The notes: generated by a model not told the origin, from the sequence alone. Positions 46,868-55,609 are shown, counted from the first letter of the stretch. The stretch: DNA of 64,000 nt from Verrucomicrobiia bacterium (GCA_035577545.1 DATLVI010000027.1:5220-69219), one strand, 5' to 3'. Program-made: numbers and translations.

Positions 46868-49800
46868 ATGGCAAGAAATCGAAGACGAACCAAGAGCAGG
46901 ACGTTTCCCATCGTCGGCGTCGGCGCATCGGCGGGCGGGCTGGAAGCCTTTCGTCAGATGCTGGAGAAGCTGCCGCTCAACACGGGTATGGGCTTCGTGT
47001 TCGTGCAGCACCTCGATCCCACGCATGCGAGCCAACTGGCGGAACTGTTGTCGCGCGCGACCCGGTTGCCGGTTTTCGAGGCGCGCAATCGGATGGCGGT
47101 GAAGCCCAACCATGTCTATGTCATCCCGCCCAACAAGAGCATCGCCATGGCCGGCCGCGTGTTGAAGTTGACTCCGCGCGCCAAGGGGCAGACCCACAAT
47201 ATGCCCGTCGATGCTTTCCTGCGGTCGCTGGCCAAGGAATGTGGACGGAGCTGCATCGGCGTGATTCTGTCCGGCACGGCCACGGATGGAGCGGAGGGAA
47301 TGAAAGCGATCCGGGCCGAGGGTGGCATCACGTTTGCGCAGGATGAGAAGTCGGCGAAATACGATGGGATGCCGCGCGCCGCAGTGGCGACGGGTTGCGT
47401 GGATTTCGTGGCATCACCGCTGGCCATTGCGAATGAGTTGGTGCGAATCAGCCGCCATCCTTACATCAATCACCCCCACCCCGTGAAGGCGGTTGTGGCG
47501 GGAGAGGATATGAGCAATGAACTGAACCACATCTTCCGTTTGTTGCGGTCCGTCGCGGGAGTGGATTTCACCCATTACAAACCGAACACGATCCGGCGGC
47601 GCATCCTGCGGCGCATGGCGGTGCATCGACTACACAAGCTGGAGCAATACGCCACGTACCTCGATCATCATCCGGAAGAAGTGGAAACCCTGTATGAGGA
47701 TTTGCTCATCAGTGTAACGGGGTTTTTCCGCGACGCCGGCGCCTTTAACATGCTGAAGAAAAAAGTCTTCCCAAACATCATCAACGGACGGCGCAACAGT
47801 GATGCGATCCGTATCTGGGTGCCGGGCTGTTCGACGGGTGAGGAGGTCTATTCCCTGGCAATTTTGCTGCTGGAATACCTCGGTGACCGGGCCGGCAATA
47901 TACCGATCCAGATTTTTGCCACGGACATCAGCGAGCGGGCGCTGGCTAAGGCGCGATCCGGCCTCTTCCCGGAGAATATCGTCACCGAGGTGTCATACCC
48001 GAGGCTACGTCGCTACTTCGCCAGGGTGCCGGGCGGCTACCAAATCAGCAAGGTTGTTCGGGAGCTGTGCATCCTGGCGAAACAAAACGTCGCCAAGGAC
48101 CCGCCTTTTTCGAACCTCGACCTCATCAGTTGCCGCAACGTGTTGATTTACCTCAACCCGCTGCTACAGAAGCGGGTGATCCCGACTTTTCATTATGCGC
48201 TCAGACCGAATGGATTCCTCTTCCTGGGTGGGTCCGAGACGACCACCGGCTTCGAGCAACTCTTTGGGCCCGTGGATCGAAAGCACCGGATCTACGTGAA
48301 GCGCGCCACGGCGACGCGGCCGGTGGTCGACTTTTCGCCAGGCGATTATCCTGTCAGCGAGGCGGCAACGCCTCGCAAGCCGGCCATTGAAGTGGGGACG
48401 GTTGACATACAGCGGGAGGCAGATCGGATTTTGCTGGGTCGCTTTGCGCCGGCCACCGTGCTGATCAACGGAGACATGGAGATCCTGCAATTTCGCGGTC
48501 ACACGGGTTTGTATCTGGAGCCGGCGCCAGGTTCGGCCAGCCTCAACCTGTTGAAGATGGCGCGCGAAGGGCTGTTCATGGAATTGCGCACCGCTGTTCA
48601 CAAGGCGCGGAGGCGGGGCGTATCGATTCGGCGCGAAGGGTTGCGCGTCAAATCAAATGGAGGCTCACGCGACGTCAATATTGAAGTGGTGCCGATCAAA
48701 TCCAACGGTACACGGGAACGGTATTTCCTCGTTCTCTTTGAAGACGGTGACGGTCATCGTCCGCCTGAAGAGGTTGTTACCGGGGTGCGTACTGGGAGAG
48801 CGGAGAAGTTGGAGAAGACGACCGTGCGGTTGGAGCAGGAACTAACGGCCACCAAGGAACATATGCAATCGGCGGTCGAAGAATTGGAGGACGCCAACGA
48901 GGAACTCAAGGCCGCTAACGAGGAAATCCAGTCGAGCAACGAAGAATTGCAATCGACGAATGAGGAACTGGAGACGGCCAAGGAAGAGTTGCAAAGCACC
49001 AACGAAGAGCTGACCACCGTCAATGAGGAGCTGCAGAATCGCAATACTGAATTGGGCCAGAGTAACAACGATCTGATCAATTTACTCACAAGCGTCAACC
49101 TGCCGATTCTCATGCTTGGTCCCGATTTACGGGTGCGGCGGATTACGCCGGCCGCGGAGAAAGTGTTGCATGTGGTGCCCACGGATATCGGTCGATTGGT
49201 GACGGATTTGCGGCTGCCCATCGATGTGCCGTACCTGGGGCGGATGATTGCCGAGTCGATTGACTCGCTCAGCGTGAAGACCCGCGAGGTGCAGGATCGC
49301 GACGGTCACTGGTATCTGTTGCGCATTCGGCCGTACCGGACGACCGAGAACAAGATCGATGGCGCGGTGATCAAGTTGCTGGACATCGACCCGCTCAAGC
49401 GCAGTCTCCAGGAGGCCGAGGCGGCCCGCGATTTTGCGAATGCCATCGTGGAAACCGTTCGTGAACCGTTGGTGGTGCTCAATCAGCGCCTGCGCGTCCA
49501 GGCGTCGAACCGGGCCTTCCATCGGCTTTTTCACGTTACCAAGGAAGAAACCGAGGGGAAGTTTATCTATGATCTCGGTGGCAAACAATGGAACATCGCG
49601 TCGTTGCGGGAACTCCTGGAAGACATTCTGCCCAGGAACTTGCACTTCACGGACTTCGAGGTGGACCACGTGTTCCCGAAGATCGGGCGGCGGATTATGC
49701 TATTGAACGCGCGCCGCCTGCAGCGGGACAGGGAAGACACACACATGATTCTGCTGGCGATCGAAGACGTCACGGAACGCAAAAGGCTGGAGAAGGCGGT

Positions 49801-50500
49801 GCTGGATATCAGTGAAACCGAACAGCAACGCATCGGGCGCGATTTGCACGACGGCCTGGGACAACATCTCACGGGCATCGGTTTCATGAGTGAATCGTTG
49901 GAAGATCGCCTGGCAGCCAACGCGCTGCCCGAGGCAGCGGCGCTGGCGGCCAAAGTCACCAGCCGCATCAAAGAAGCCGTCACACAAACGCGCGATTTGG
50001 CCAAGGGGTTGTTCCCCGTCGAATTGAAGACCCAGGGCATCGTCCCCGCGCTACAGAAGTTGGCGTTGAACACCGAGAGATTATTTCAGATCACCTGCGA
50101 CTGCAAAGGCGAGATGTCTCTGCAGATTCGCAACGAGAGTGTATCGCGCCATCTCTACCGCATTGCCCAGGAAGCCGTATTTAATGCGGTGAAACACAGC
50201 CAGGGGAAACACATCCATATCCACTTAACCGGGGAAGGCGATCGCGTTACCTTGACGATCAAGGACGACGGCGTCGGCATCAACCGCCGGAAGGTGGATG
50301 ATGCCGACATGGGGCTGCACATCATGCGGTATCGTGCCAGCGTAATCGGTGGCAAACTGGATATCCGCCGTGGCCCGCACGGCGGCACTATCGTGACGTG
50401 CGTTGTCGAAGATGCCGATGGGGGGGGGGGAGGAGGGGATGAAAAGTCAAACCAAGCCAACAGAGAAAGCCGGAAAGCGGCGGGTACTCATCGTCGATGA
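46868..50500 (+). CDS. CheB-methylesterase / CheR-methyltransferase / coiled-coil / PAS / HisKA_3 / HATPase_c multidomain kinase
   Basis: IVGVGASAGGLEAF (CheB). IRIWVPGCSTGEEVYSLAILL (CheR). NEEL heptad coiled-coil, PAS domains, H-box DLHDGLGQHLTG and HATPase. Start taken at ATG 46868; the 117 upstream codons of the longest ORF are Arg/Pro-rich and unlikely to be coding. Confidence 0.85.
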   Translation: MARNRRRTKSRTFPIVGVGASAGGLEAFRQMLEKLPLNTGMGFVFVQHLDPTHASQLAELLSRATRLPVFEARNRMAVKPNHVYVIPPNKSIAMAGRVLKLTPRAKGQTHNMPVDAFLRSLAKECGRSCIGVILSGTATDGAEGMKAIRAEGGITFAQDEKSAKYDGMPRAAVATGCVDFVASPLAIANELVRISRHPYINHPHPVKAVVAGEDMSNELNHIFRLLRSVAGVDFTHYKPNTIRRRILRRMAVHRLHKLEQYATYLDHHPEEVETLYEDLLISVTGFFRDAGAFNMLKKKVFPNIINGRRNSDAIRIWVPGCSTGEEVYSLAILLLEYLGDRAGNIPIQIFATDISERALAKARSGLFPENIVTEVSYPRLRRYFARVPGGYQISKVVRELCILAKQNVAKDPPFSNLDLISCRNVLIYLNPLLQKRVIPTFHYALRPNGFLFLGGSETTTGFEQLFGPVDRKHRIYVKRATATRPVVDFSPGDYPVSEAATPRKPAIEVGTVDIQREADRILLGRFAPATVLINGDMEILQFRGHTGLYLEPAPGSASLNLLKMAREGLFMELRTAVHKARRRGVSIRREGLRVKSNGGSRDVNIEVVPIKSNGTRERYFLVLFEDGDGHRPPEEVVTGVRTGRAEKLEKTTVRLEQELTATKEHMQSAVEELEDANEELKAANEEIQSSNEELQSTNEELETAKEELQSTNEELTTVNEELQNRNTELGQSNNDLINLLTSVNLPILMLGPDLRVRRITPAAEKVLHVVPTDIGRLVTDLRLPIDVPYLGRMIAESIDSLSVKTREVQDRDGHWYLLRIRPYRTTENKIDGAVIKLLDIDPLKRSLQEAEAARDFANAIVETVREPLVVLNQRLRVQASNRAFHRLFHVTKEETEGKFIYDLGGKQWNIASLRELLEDILPRNLHFTDFEVDHVFPKIGRRIMLLNARRLQRDREDTHMILLAIEDVTERKRLEKAVLDISETEQQRIGRDLHDGLGQHLTGIGFMSESLEDRLAANALPEAAALAAKVTSRIKEAVTQTRDLAKGLFPVELKTQGIVPALQKLALNTERLFQITCDCKGEMSLQIRNESVSRHLYRIAQEAVFNAVKHSQGKHIHIHLTGEGDRVTLTIKDDGVGINRRKVDDADMGLHIMRYRASVIGGKLDIRRGPHGGTIVTCVVEDADGGGGGGDEKSNQANRESRKAAGTHRR
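50420..50430 (+). repeat. homopolymeric G11 tract at kinase/regulator junction
   Basis: Eleven consecutive G (50420-50430) followed by AGGAGGGG and ATG 50439. The tract lies in the kinase 3' tail and the regulator RBS. Confidence 0.9.
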
Positions 50501-51128
50501 CCACGCGGTGTTGCGCGAGGGTCTGGCACTGGTGATCAATGTCCAGCCCGACCTGCTCGTGTGCGGCGAGGCCGCCACTGTGGCCGGCGGGCTGCAAGCC
50601 GTGACCGCAACGCAGCCGGATATCGCGCTCGTCGATCTTTCATTGACAGGCGGTAGCGGACTCGAGCTCGTCAAGGACCTCAAGGCGTCGCACCCCAACC
50701 TACTCACACTGGTATTGTCGCTGCACGATGAGGCGCTCTATGCCGAGCGGGTGCTGCGCGCCGGCGCCAGGGGCTACATTATGAAACGGTCTTCGACCCC
50801 CGAGCTCCTGGCGGCAATCCGTAAGGTCCTCGATGGCGAAATCTACCTGAGCGAAAGGATGGGGTCCCTGGTCGTCCGCCAGGCGCTCGGGGACCCGGAA
50901 TCGGCAACCAGCGGCGATCCGCTGGAACAGCTCAGCGATCGGGAATTGGAAGTGTTCCAGCTTCTCGGCGAGGGACACGGTACGCGCGAGATTGCGCAAC
51001 AACTCGGATTGAGCATGAAAACGGTTTCGTGTTACCGGCAAAACATCCAGGCCAAGCTGCAACTGAAAGATTCCGCCGGACTGGTACAGCGCGCCGTCCA
51101 TTGGGCAGCGAACCTGCGCGCACGCTGA
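50439..51128 (+). CDS. NarL/LuxR-family response regulator, paralog of 44986-45687
   Basis: MKSQTKPTEKAGKRRVLIVDDHAVLREGL... aligns with MKKAQVSEPQKKPVAKRRGVLLVDDHPAIREGL of the paralog. GerE HTH at the C-terminus. In-frame alternative starts at 50403, 50412 and 50418. Confidence 0.85.
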   Translation: MKSQTKPTEKAGKRRVLIVDDHAVLREGLALVINVQPDLLVCGEAATVAGGLQAVTATQPDIALVDLSLTGGSGLELVKDLKASHPNLLTLVLSLHDEALYAERVLRAGARGYIMKRSSTPELLAAIRKVLDGEIYLSERMGSLVVRQALGDPESATSGDPLEQLSDRELEVFQLLGEGHGTREIAQQLGLSMKTVSCYRQNIQAKLQLKDSAGLVQRAVHWAANLRAR

Positions 51129-51246
51129 TGCCTGGCGCGCCCTGCGCCGGGTGGAATAGGTTCTTTCCCCAGAGTGGATTAGGAATTTTCACCCATTGAG
51201 GATCCACGTATGTGCCATACATTTTTATAGTGGAAGGGAGTTTATT

Positions 51247-51591
51247 ATGAAGAAGCTCTTGGGATTTGCGATAGCGGTCGCGGGTGTGATCGCCGCCAGT
51301 GTGGCAGTCAGCGGGTTCGGACAGGATCCGGCACCGTCAGGGAAACTCTTCATCTACAGCGGTATCCTGCGCTCCATGGACCGACAGGCGCGCACGATCA
51401 CGGTGGAAGCTTCAGCCGTCAGCCAGAAGTTTGTCGTTCCCACGGATACTGAAATCATCGTCAAGGACAACAAACCGAAAGCCGATCTTTCCGACCTGAT
51501 GGTCGGCGACAGCATTCAAGTGCGGTACACTGAAGACGACGGGACATTCGTCGCACACCAAATCTCGGTCCTGGGAGTGAAATCCCCGTAA
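51247..51591 (+). CDS. small secreted beta-rich protein, paralog C
   Basis: GGAAGGGAG RBS and signal peptide. Core is GILRSMDRQARTITVEA...LSDLMVGDSIQVRYTEDDGTFVAHQI. Confidence 0.65.
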   Translation: MKKLLGFAIAVAGVIAASVAVSGFGQDPAPSGKLFIYSGILRSMDRQARTITVEASAVSQKFVVPTDTEIIVKDNKPKADLSDLMVGDSIQVRYTEDDGTFVAHQISVLGVKSP

Positions 51592-51609
51592 CGGTGCTTC
51601 CAATCACGG

Positions 51610-52104
51610 TTACGCTGCATTGAGAACCGGGCCGACTTCCGCCAAGGCCCTCCTAGTAGCGGGTTCGCGCCAGTTCTTGGTGGCCGAGAGGCCGTGGATC
51701 AGGGCTTCCACTTCCAGGATATAGATGGCGCGGATGTCGTCCGTGGTTTTGAAAACCACATAGGTCAATTCGTGGTCGGAGCGGAACAAATACGTGTAAA
51801 GAACGTTGACGCCCGCACTGGCCAGCTTGCTACTGAGCACCGCCGGCAGCCCCGGTTTATCCGGCGCTTCGACCAGCACAATCGGATTTGATTTGCAGTC
51901 GAACCCCGCCGCCTGGAGGGCGTCCGTTGTGCGGATGGCGTCTTCGGTGACGAGTTTCACCACCGTCTCCCTCCCGTCCCAATAGGAGCTTGCAGCCAGT
52001 ACTTCCGCCCCGCAGGAAACGGTAATGGCCATTAGTTTGCCCAATAACGCCGGTTGGTTGATCGTGCGAACAGTAATCTCAATTTGTAGGGTGGCGCCTA
52101 TCAT
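51610..52104 (-). CDS. tandem ACT-like domain protein, paralog 2
   Basis: ...DALQAAGFDCKSNPIVLVEAPDKPGL...LASAGVNVLYTYL...YVVFKTTDDIRAIYILE. AAGGAG RBS. Confidence 0.65.
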   Translation of the reverse strand: MIGATLQIEITVRTINQPALLGKLMAITVSCGAEVLAASSYWDGRETVVKLVTEDAIRTTDALQAAGFDCKSNPIVLVEAPDKPGLPAVLSSKLASAGVNVLYTYLFRSDHELTYVVFKTTDDIRAIYILEVEALIHGLSATKNWREPATRRALAEVGPVLNAA

Positions 52105-52233
52105 GTCGTCTCCTTTTCTCTCCCTCAGTTGTTCAGTCGCCTGAACGATTTGCGCTCACTTTACGGCAGCGCGGAGATTTCGCGCAATGGGTGGCGGGCT
52201 GATATCGGGTAAGGAAACCATCCACAAGTCGAC

Positions 52234-52248
52234 TAGGAAGTTTTCCAG
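52234..52248. promoter_or_regulatory. palindrome-like TAGGAA-GTT-TTCCAG
   Basis: Lies 130 nt upstream of ACT paralog 2 ATG at 52104. Followed by TGCC as at 43899-43916. Confidence 0.35.
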
Positions 52249-52351
52249 TGCCGCTGCCAATGCGAAAAATCCGAATCTTGTCCAACGCAGGATCACGGCG
52301 TTCACGGAATGGGATTATAAGCGGCTCCGTCATTGTCATTCGCTGAACCGC

Positions 52352-52843
52352 TCAGTCAATTCTTCCTGTGGTTGGCTGTTGATCCACTTCACCTGCGGCA
52401 ACCAACTCCTGTTGAGAATCCACCGGCCGCGCCCCCCACAGATTCATTGCTTCGAGTACGGTGACCGCCCGTGAACTGTCGGTGGCTTTCAAAACCAGTA
52501 CGTTCCCATCGCCAGGTGAACAACAGGCATAGGCGTCCAGCATCTCGATCCCATTGGCCCGAAGCTCGGAGCCCAAGCGGACGGCTGACAGGCAGCGATG
52601 TTTCTCCTCCACAACGACCACCCGGTTCGTTTCACACTCGAACCCAGCCAATCGCAAAGCCTCGACGATTTCACTGTCTTTTTCTGTCACGAGCAGGACC
52701 GCCGCATACCGGTGGTCACTGTAGAAACGCCAGGCATCGACGCTGGGAGACTGCACGGCCAAAACTGCGAAGAGTTTTGCCAGCACGCCCAGATCGTTGG
52801 CTACATGCAACATCACTTCGCTTCGTTCTTGAATCTCTTGCAC
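52352..52843 (-). CDS. tandem ACT-like domain protein, paralog 3
   Basis: ...EALRLAGFECETNRVVVVEE...LRANGIEMLDAYA...VLVLKATDSSRAVTVLE. Start set at GTG 52843, preceded by GGAAGGGGG. This gives the same length as the paralogs. The longest ORF starts at 52954. Confidence 0.55.
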   Translation of the reverse strand: MQEIQERSEVMLHVANDLGVLAKLFAVLAVQSPSVDAWRFYSDHRYAAVLLVTEKDSEIVEALRLAGFECETNRVVVVEEKHRCLSAVRLGSELRANGIEMLDAYACCSPGDGNVLVLKATDSSRAVTVLEAMNLWGARPVDSQQELVAAGEVDQQPTTGRID

Positions 52844-52955
52844 GTGATTTCCCCCTTCCGTAGTTTTGCAACTGCCGTTTGATAAACATTCATTACGCCT
52901 CCGAGCGTATTCTTTCCCCTCTCGGCGCACAATCAGCAGAGGCCTAATTTCCATC

Positions 52956-52970
52956 TAGGAACTTCTCCCA
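52956..52970. promoter_or_regulatory. palindrome-like TAGGAA-CTT-CTCCCA
   Basis: Lies 113 nt upstream of the proposed GTG start at 52843. Confidence 0.35.
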
Positions 52971-53040
52971 TGCGACCGTAACCCCTGAAGTCAGAGCCTG
53001 AAAGGATCCGGTGAACCGGGTCCAATACACTTGTGCTTAT

Positions 53041-53472
53041 TCAATCGGCCTTTATCAGCGGACTATTTGTGTCTCTCTTGCCAGTCTTTAATTCCTTGCG
53101 GGCTTTTTCCGCCAAATCCTCGTAACGCTTCTTGATGCGGTCCAGGTCTTCCTGGCCCAACTCCTCCAGGTCCAGCAAAGCATTGTGGGCTTTACTGGTG
53201 CGGATCAGTTCATCCAATTTCACTTGAATGGCGTCGCTGTCGCGGTTTTGGGTGTTTTGGATGAGGAATACCATGAGGAAAGTCACGATCGTCGTGCCGG
53301 TATTGATGATCAATTGCCAGGTGTCGCTGAAATGAAACACGGGGCCAAGCGTTGCCCAGAGAACGATAACCAGGATTGCGGCGACAAATGTATGGGGTTG
53401 GCCCATCGCTCGCGACGCGCGCCTGGCGATTCGGCTGAAAAGGTCGCTGGTCTTTGTCGTTGATCCTCTCAC
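53041..53472 (-). CDS. low-affinity iron permease family (Fet4-like small membrane protein)
   Basis: FSRIARRASRAMGQPHTFVAAILVIVLWATLGPVFHFSDTWQLIINTGTTIVTFLMVFLIQNTQNRD fits the small 'iron permease' family. GTG 53472 is preceded by GAGGAG. The longest ORF extends to 53571. Confidence 0.6.
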   Translation of the reverse strand: MRGSTTKTSDLFSRIARRASRAMGQPHTFVAAILVIVLWATLGPVFHFSDTWQLIINTGTTIVTFLMVFLIQNTQNRDSDAIQVKLDELIRTSKAHNALLDLEELGQEDLDRIKKRYEDLAEKARKELKTGKRDTNSPLIKAD

Positions 53473-53594
53473 CGCGAGGAATCTCCTCAAGGCTCGGACA
53501 CATACTATTTGGATAACCCGGGTTTCACCCCGGATAGAAACCGGCTGCTTTCCCAATTGAGTGAACCGCACCTTTTGTCCGCGTAAAACGGGAG

Positions 53595-53730
53595 AGTGGC
53601 ATCGGCGGGAACTCCATTTCTCGACTCGGCAACGGTCGTGGAGAAGCCGGGAGGTGAGGTTCCCGGATTATTGTGGGGTAGGAACGCATTGCCGGGGTCA
53701 AGTGCAGGGAGAACTGCCGCCGATGCCACT
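53595..53730. repeat. perfect 14-bp inverted repeat AGTGGCATCGGCGG / CCGCCGATGCCACT enclosing 108 nt with internal hairpins
   Basis: Arms at 53595-53608 and 53717-53730. Internal stem CCGGGA-GGTGAGGT-TCCCGG and CTCCA/TGGAG pairing. Lies in a ~600-bp non-coding gap. Confidence 0.6.
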
Positions 53731-54012
53731 GCGAGAGGAGCAGTCTGGCACGAGGAGTTGGAGGCGTTGCCGCCACCCTGCTATCGCGGTGCTCCAGGGT
53801 TGCCCAGTTGTTACACCCCCGCCCCCAACACACCACGTAGCGAACCTCCCCACGCCAGACTGGCTTAATTGTCTCGTCGCAAGGGACACTGCTCGAAAAT
53901 GTTTCTATCTGATTCCTCGGCGCCATCCGAACCCTCCGTCACTTTTTCCCACTGCGGCCAGTCTGCAACAGAGACGCACCTCTCGCAATTGGGTGGAGCA
54001 CTGATTCTCAGG

Positions 54013-54027
54013 TAGGAGGAACTCCTA
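54013..54027. promoter_or_regulatory. palindrome TAGGAG-GAA-CTCCTA
   Basis: Perfect 6+6 inverted repeat at the distal end of the 53473-54075 gap. Confidence 0.35.
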
Positions 54028-54075
54028 TAAACGCGGTCCACAATTCGTATGGCAAACTGTCGACTGTATAGTCGA

Positions 54076-55356
54076 TTACTGGATTTCGATAGGTTTGATT
54101 TGAGGGACGATCAGGTGAAAGATCACCCATGTAGCGACGTACGCGCCACCACAAAGCAGCAGGATTTTGTCATACACCCCCGTGTTCTGGAGGACGTTCC
54201 CCACGAGCAACGAAAAACCCACGGAAACCACCGAGGAAAACATGCCGCCGATCCCCACGACCGAGGCCACAGCCCGCTTCGGAAATATGTCCGAGACGAC
54301 GGTGAACATGGTGGCCGACCAACCCTGGTTGGCTGCCCCCGCCAATGCAAAAAAACTGGTCGCCAGCCAAACGTGTCGGGTGTGCGTGGCGAAAATCACC
54401 GGAACCGCGCAAAAGGCGCAAATGAGCGTCGCTGTCTTCCGCGCCCGGTTCAGTGACCAACCACACCGCAGAAGCCACGCGGACAACCCACCGCCCGCAA
54501 TGCTGCCAAAAGCGGTCACGGTATAGACCACGACCAGTGGCAGGCCGAATTCCCGGAAGTTCAGCCCGAATTGCTTGTTAAAAATGTCCGGCAGCCAGAA
54601 AAGGTAAAACCACCAGACGGGCGCCGTCACTATGCCCGCCACTACATACGCCCATGTTTCACGGTGCCGAAACAAATGGCTCCACGGCACCTTCCCGGTA
54701 CCCGTCGGTCCTGTGTCGCTTCGAATGTAAGCCAACTCTTCCGGTTTGAGTCGGCGCGATCTTTCGGGCGCGTCGTAAAGCAGGAGCCAGAACAGCAGCC
54801 AGACGAACCCGCTCAGCCCGGTAATAAAAAATGCCGTCTGCCACCCGAATTTCACAAACAGCCAGGGGAACAGAATTGGCCCGATGATGGGACCAACATT
54901 TGAGCCCGTGTTGAAGATGCCCGTGGCCAGCGACCGCTCGCCTTGTGGGAACCATTCGGCAACTGTCCGTATGGCCGCCGGCCAATTTCCCGACTCTCCA
55001 AGACCCAGTGCCACGCGTGCCGCCCCGAAATCAAAAACTGATTTCGCAGGTATGTGGAAAATGGTCGCCAGGCTCCAGAACACAACCGCGAAAGCGTAAG
55101 CGCCTTTTACCCCGACCCACTCGAGAAACGGACCAAACAACAACTGACCGGTGGCGTAGGCCGCCTGGAAAGCTGCGATCAGGTTTCCATAGTCTTGTTC
55201 GCTCCAATGGAACGCCCGGGTCAGTTCCGGCTTGAGAATGCCGAAAACATGCCGGTCCATATAGTTGATTAGCGTGGCAGAAAACAACAACGCGCAGATC
55301 ACCCAGCGGAACTTCCCGACACTGGATTTTGGCGGAGCGTGGGACGGCGAAGTCAT
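54076..55356 (-). CDS. MFS transporter (hexuronate/ExuT-like subfamily)
   Basis: KFRWVICALLFSATLINYMDRHVFGILKPEL...WSEQDYGNLIAAFQAAYATGQLL is typical of ExuT/ACS-family MFS. 12 TM pattern. Start at ATG 55356. Confidence 0.75.
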   Translation of the reverse strand: MTSPSHAPPKSSVGKFRWVICALLFSATLINYMDRHVFGILKPELTRAFHWSEQDYGNLIAAFQAAYATGQLLFGPFLEWVGVKGAYAFAVVFWSLATIFHIPAKSVFDFGAARVALGLGESGNWPAAIRTVAEWFPQGERSLATGIFNTGSNVGPIIGPILFPWLFVKFGWQTAFFITGLSGFVWLLFWLLLYDAPERSRRLKPEELAYIRSDTGPTGTGKVPWSHLFRHRETWAYVVAGIVTAPVWWFYLFWLPDIFNKQFGLNFREFGLPLVVVYTVTAFGSIAGGGLSAWLLRCGWSLNRARKTATLICAFCAVPVIFATHTRHVWLATSFFALAGAANQGWSATMFTVVSDIFPKRAVASVVGIGGMFSSVVSVGFSLLVGNVLQNTGVYDKILLLCGGAYVATWVIFHLIVPQIKPIEIQ

Positions 55357-55609
55357 GGCAAATTGTCTCAGTACTTGATTTGAGCCCTCGCGCCTTCGAA
55401 AGCTGCACGGATAAAAGCGCAAAACTAGCGGGATGGTTGCACCGGCACAAGATAAAGATTGTTCCACGCCAACCGAAGGACTCACGTAAAGACCGGTGAC
55501 TGACTTGAAAAGCGGTTCGCTACTCCCTGAGCTAGCCGGATCCACCTTCCTGTGCTGATGCACAAGCGAAAAACTTGAAAGATTTCAACCCCCGGTTCAT
55601 GCTAAGTGT

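Noticed and set aside
52956-52982. Reading TAGGAAC motifs as ECF-sigma -35 boxes (GGAAC-N16-CGT)
   Set aside because: Only one copy has a downstream CGT, and it is at a 14-nt spacing. The other copies lack it. The consistent feature is the inverted repeat rather than a -35/-10 pair.
53640-53760. Cobalamin-riboswitch-like strings on the plus strand (GGGAGGTGAGGTTCCCGG; GCCACTG)
   Set aside because: The resemblance is partial, with no AGGGAA core and no B12-box AGYCMGGAGACCKGCC. No plus-strand gene lies downstream. The GCCACT string is simply part of the 14-bp inverted repeat. It is retained only as a generic structured-RNA/MITE candidate.
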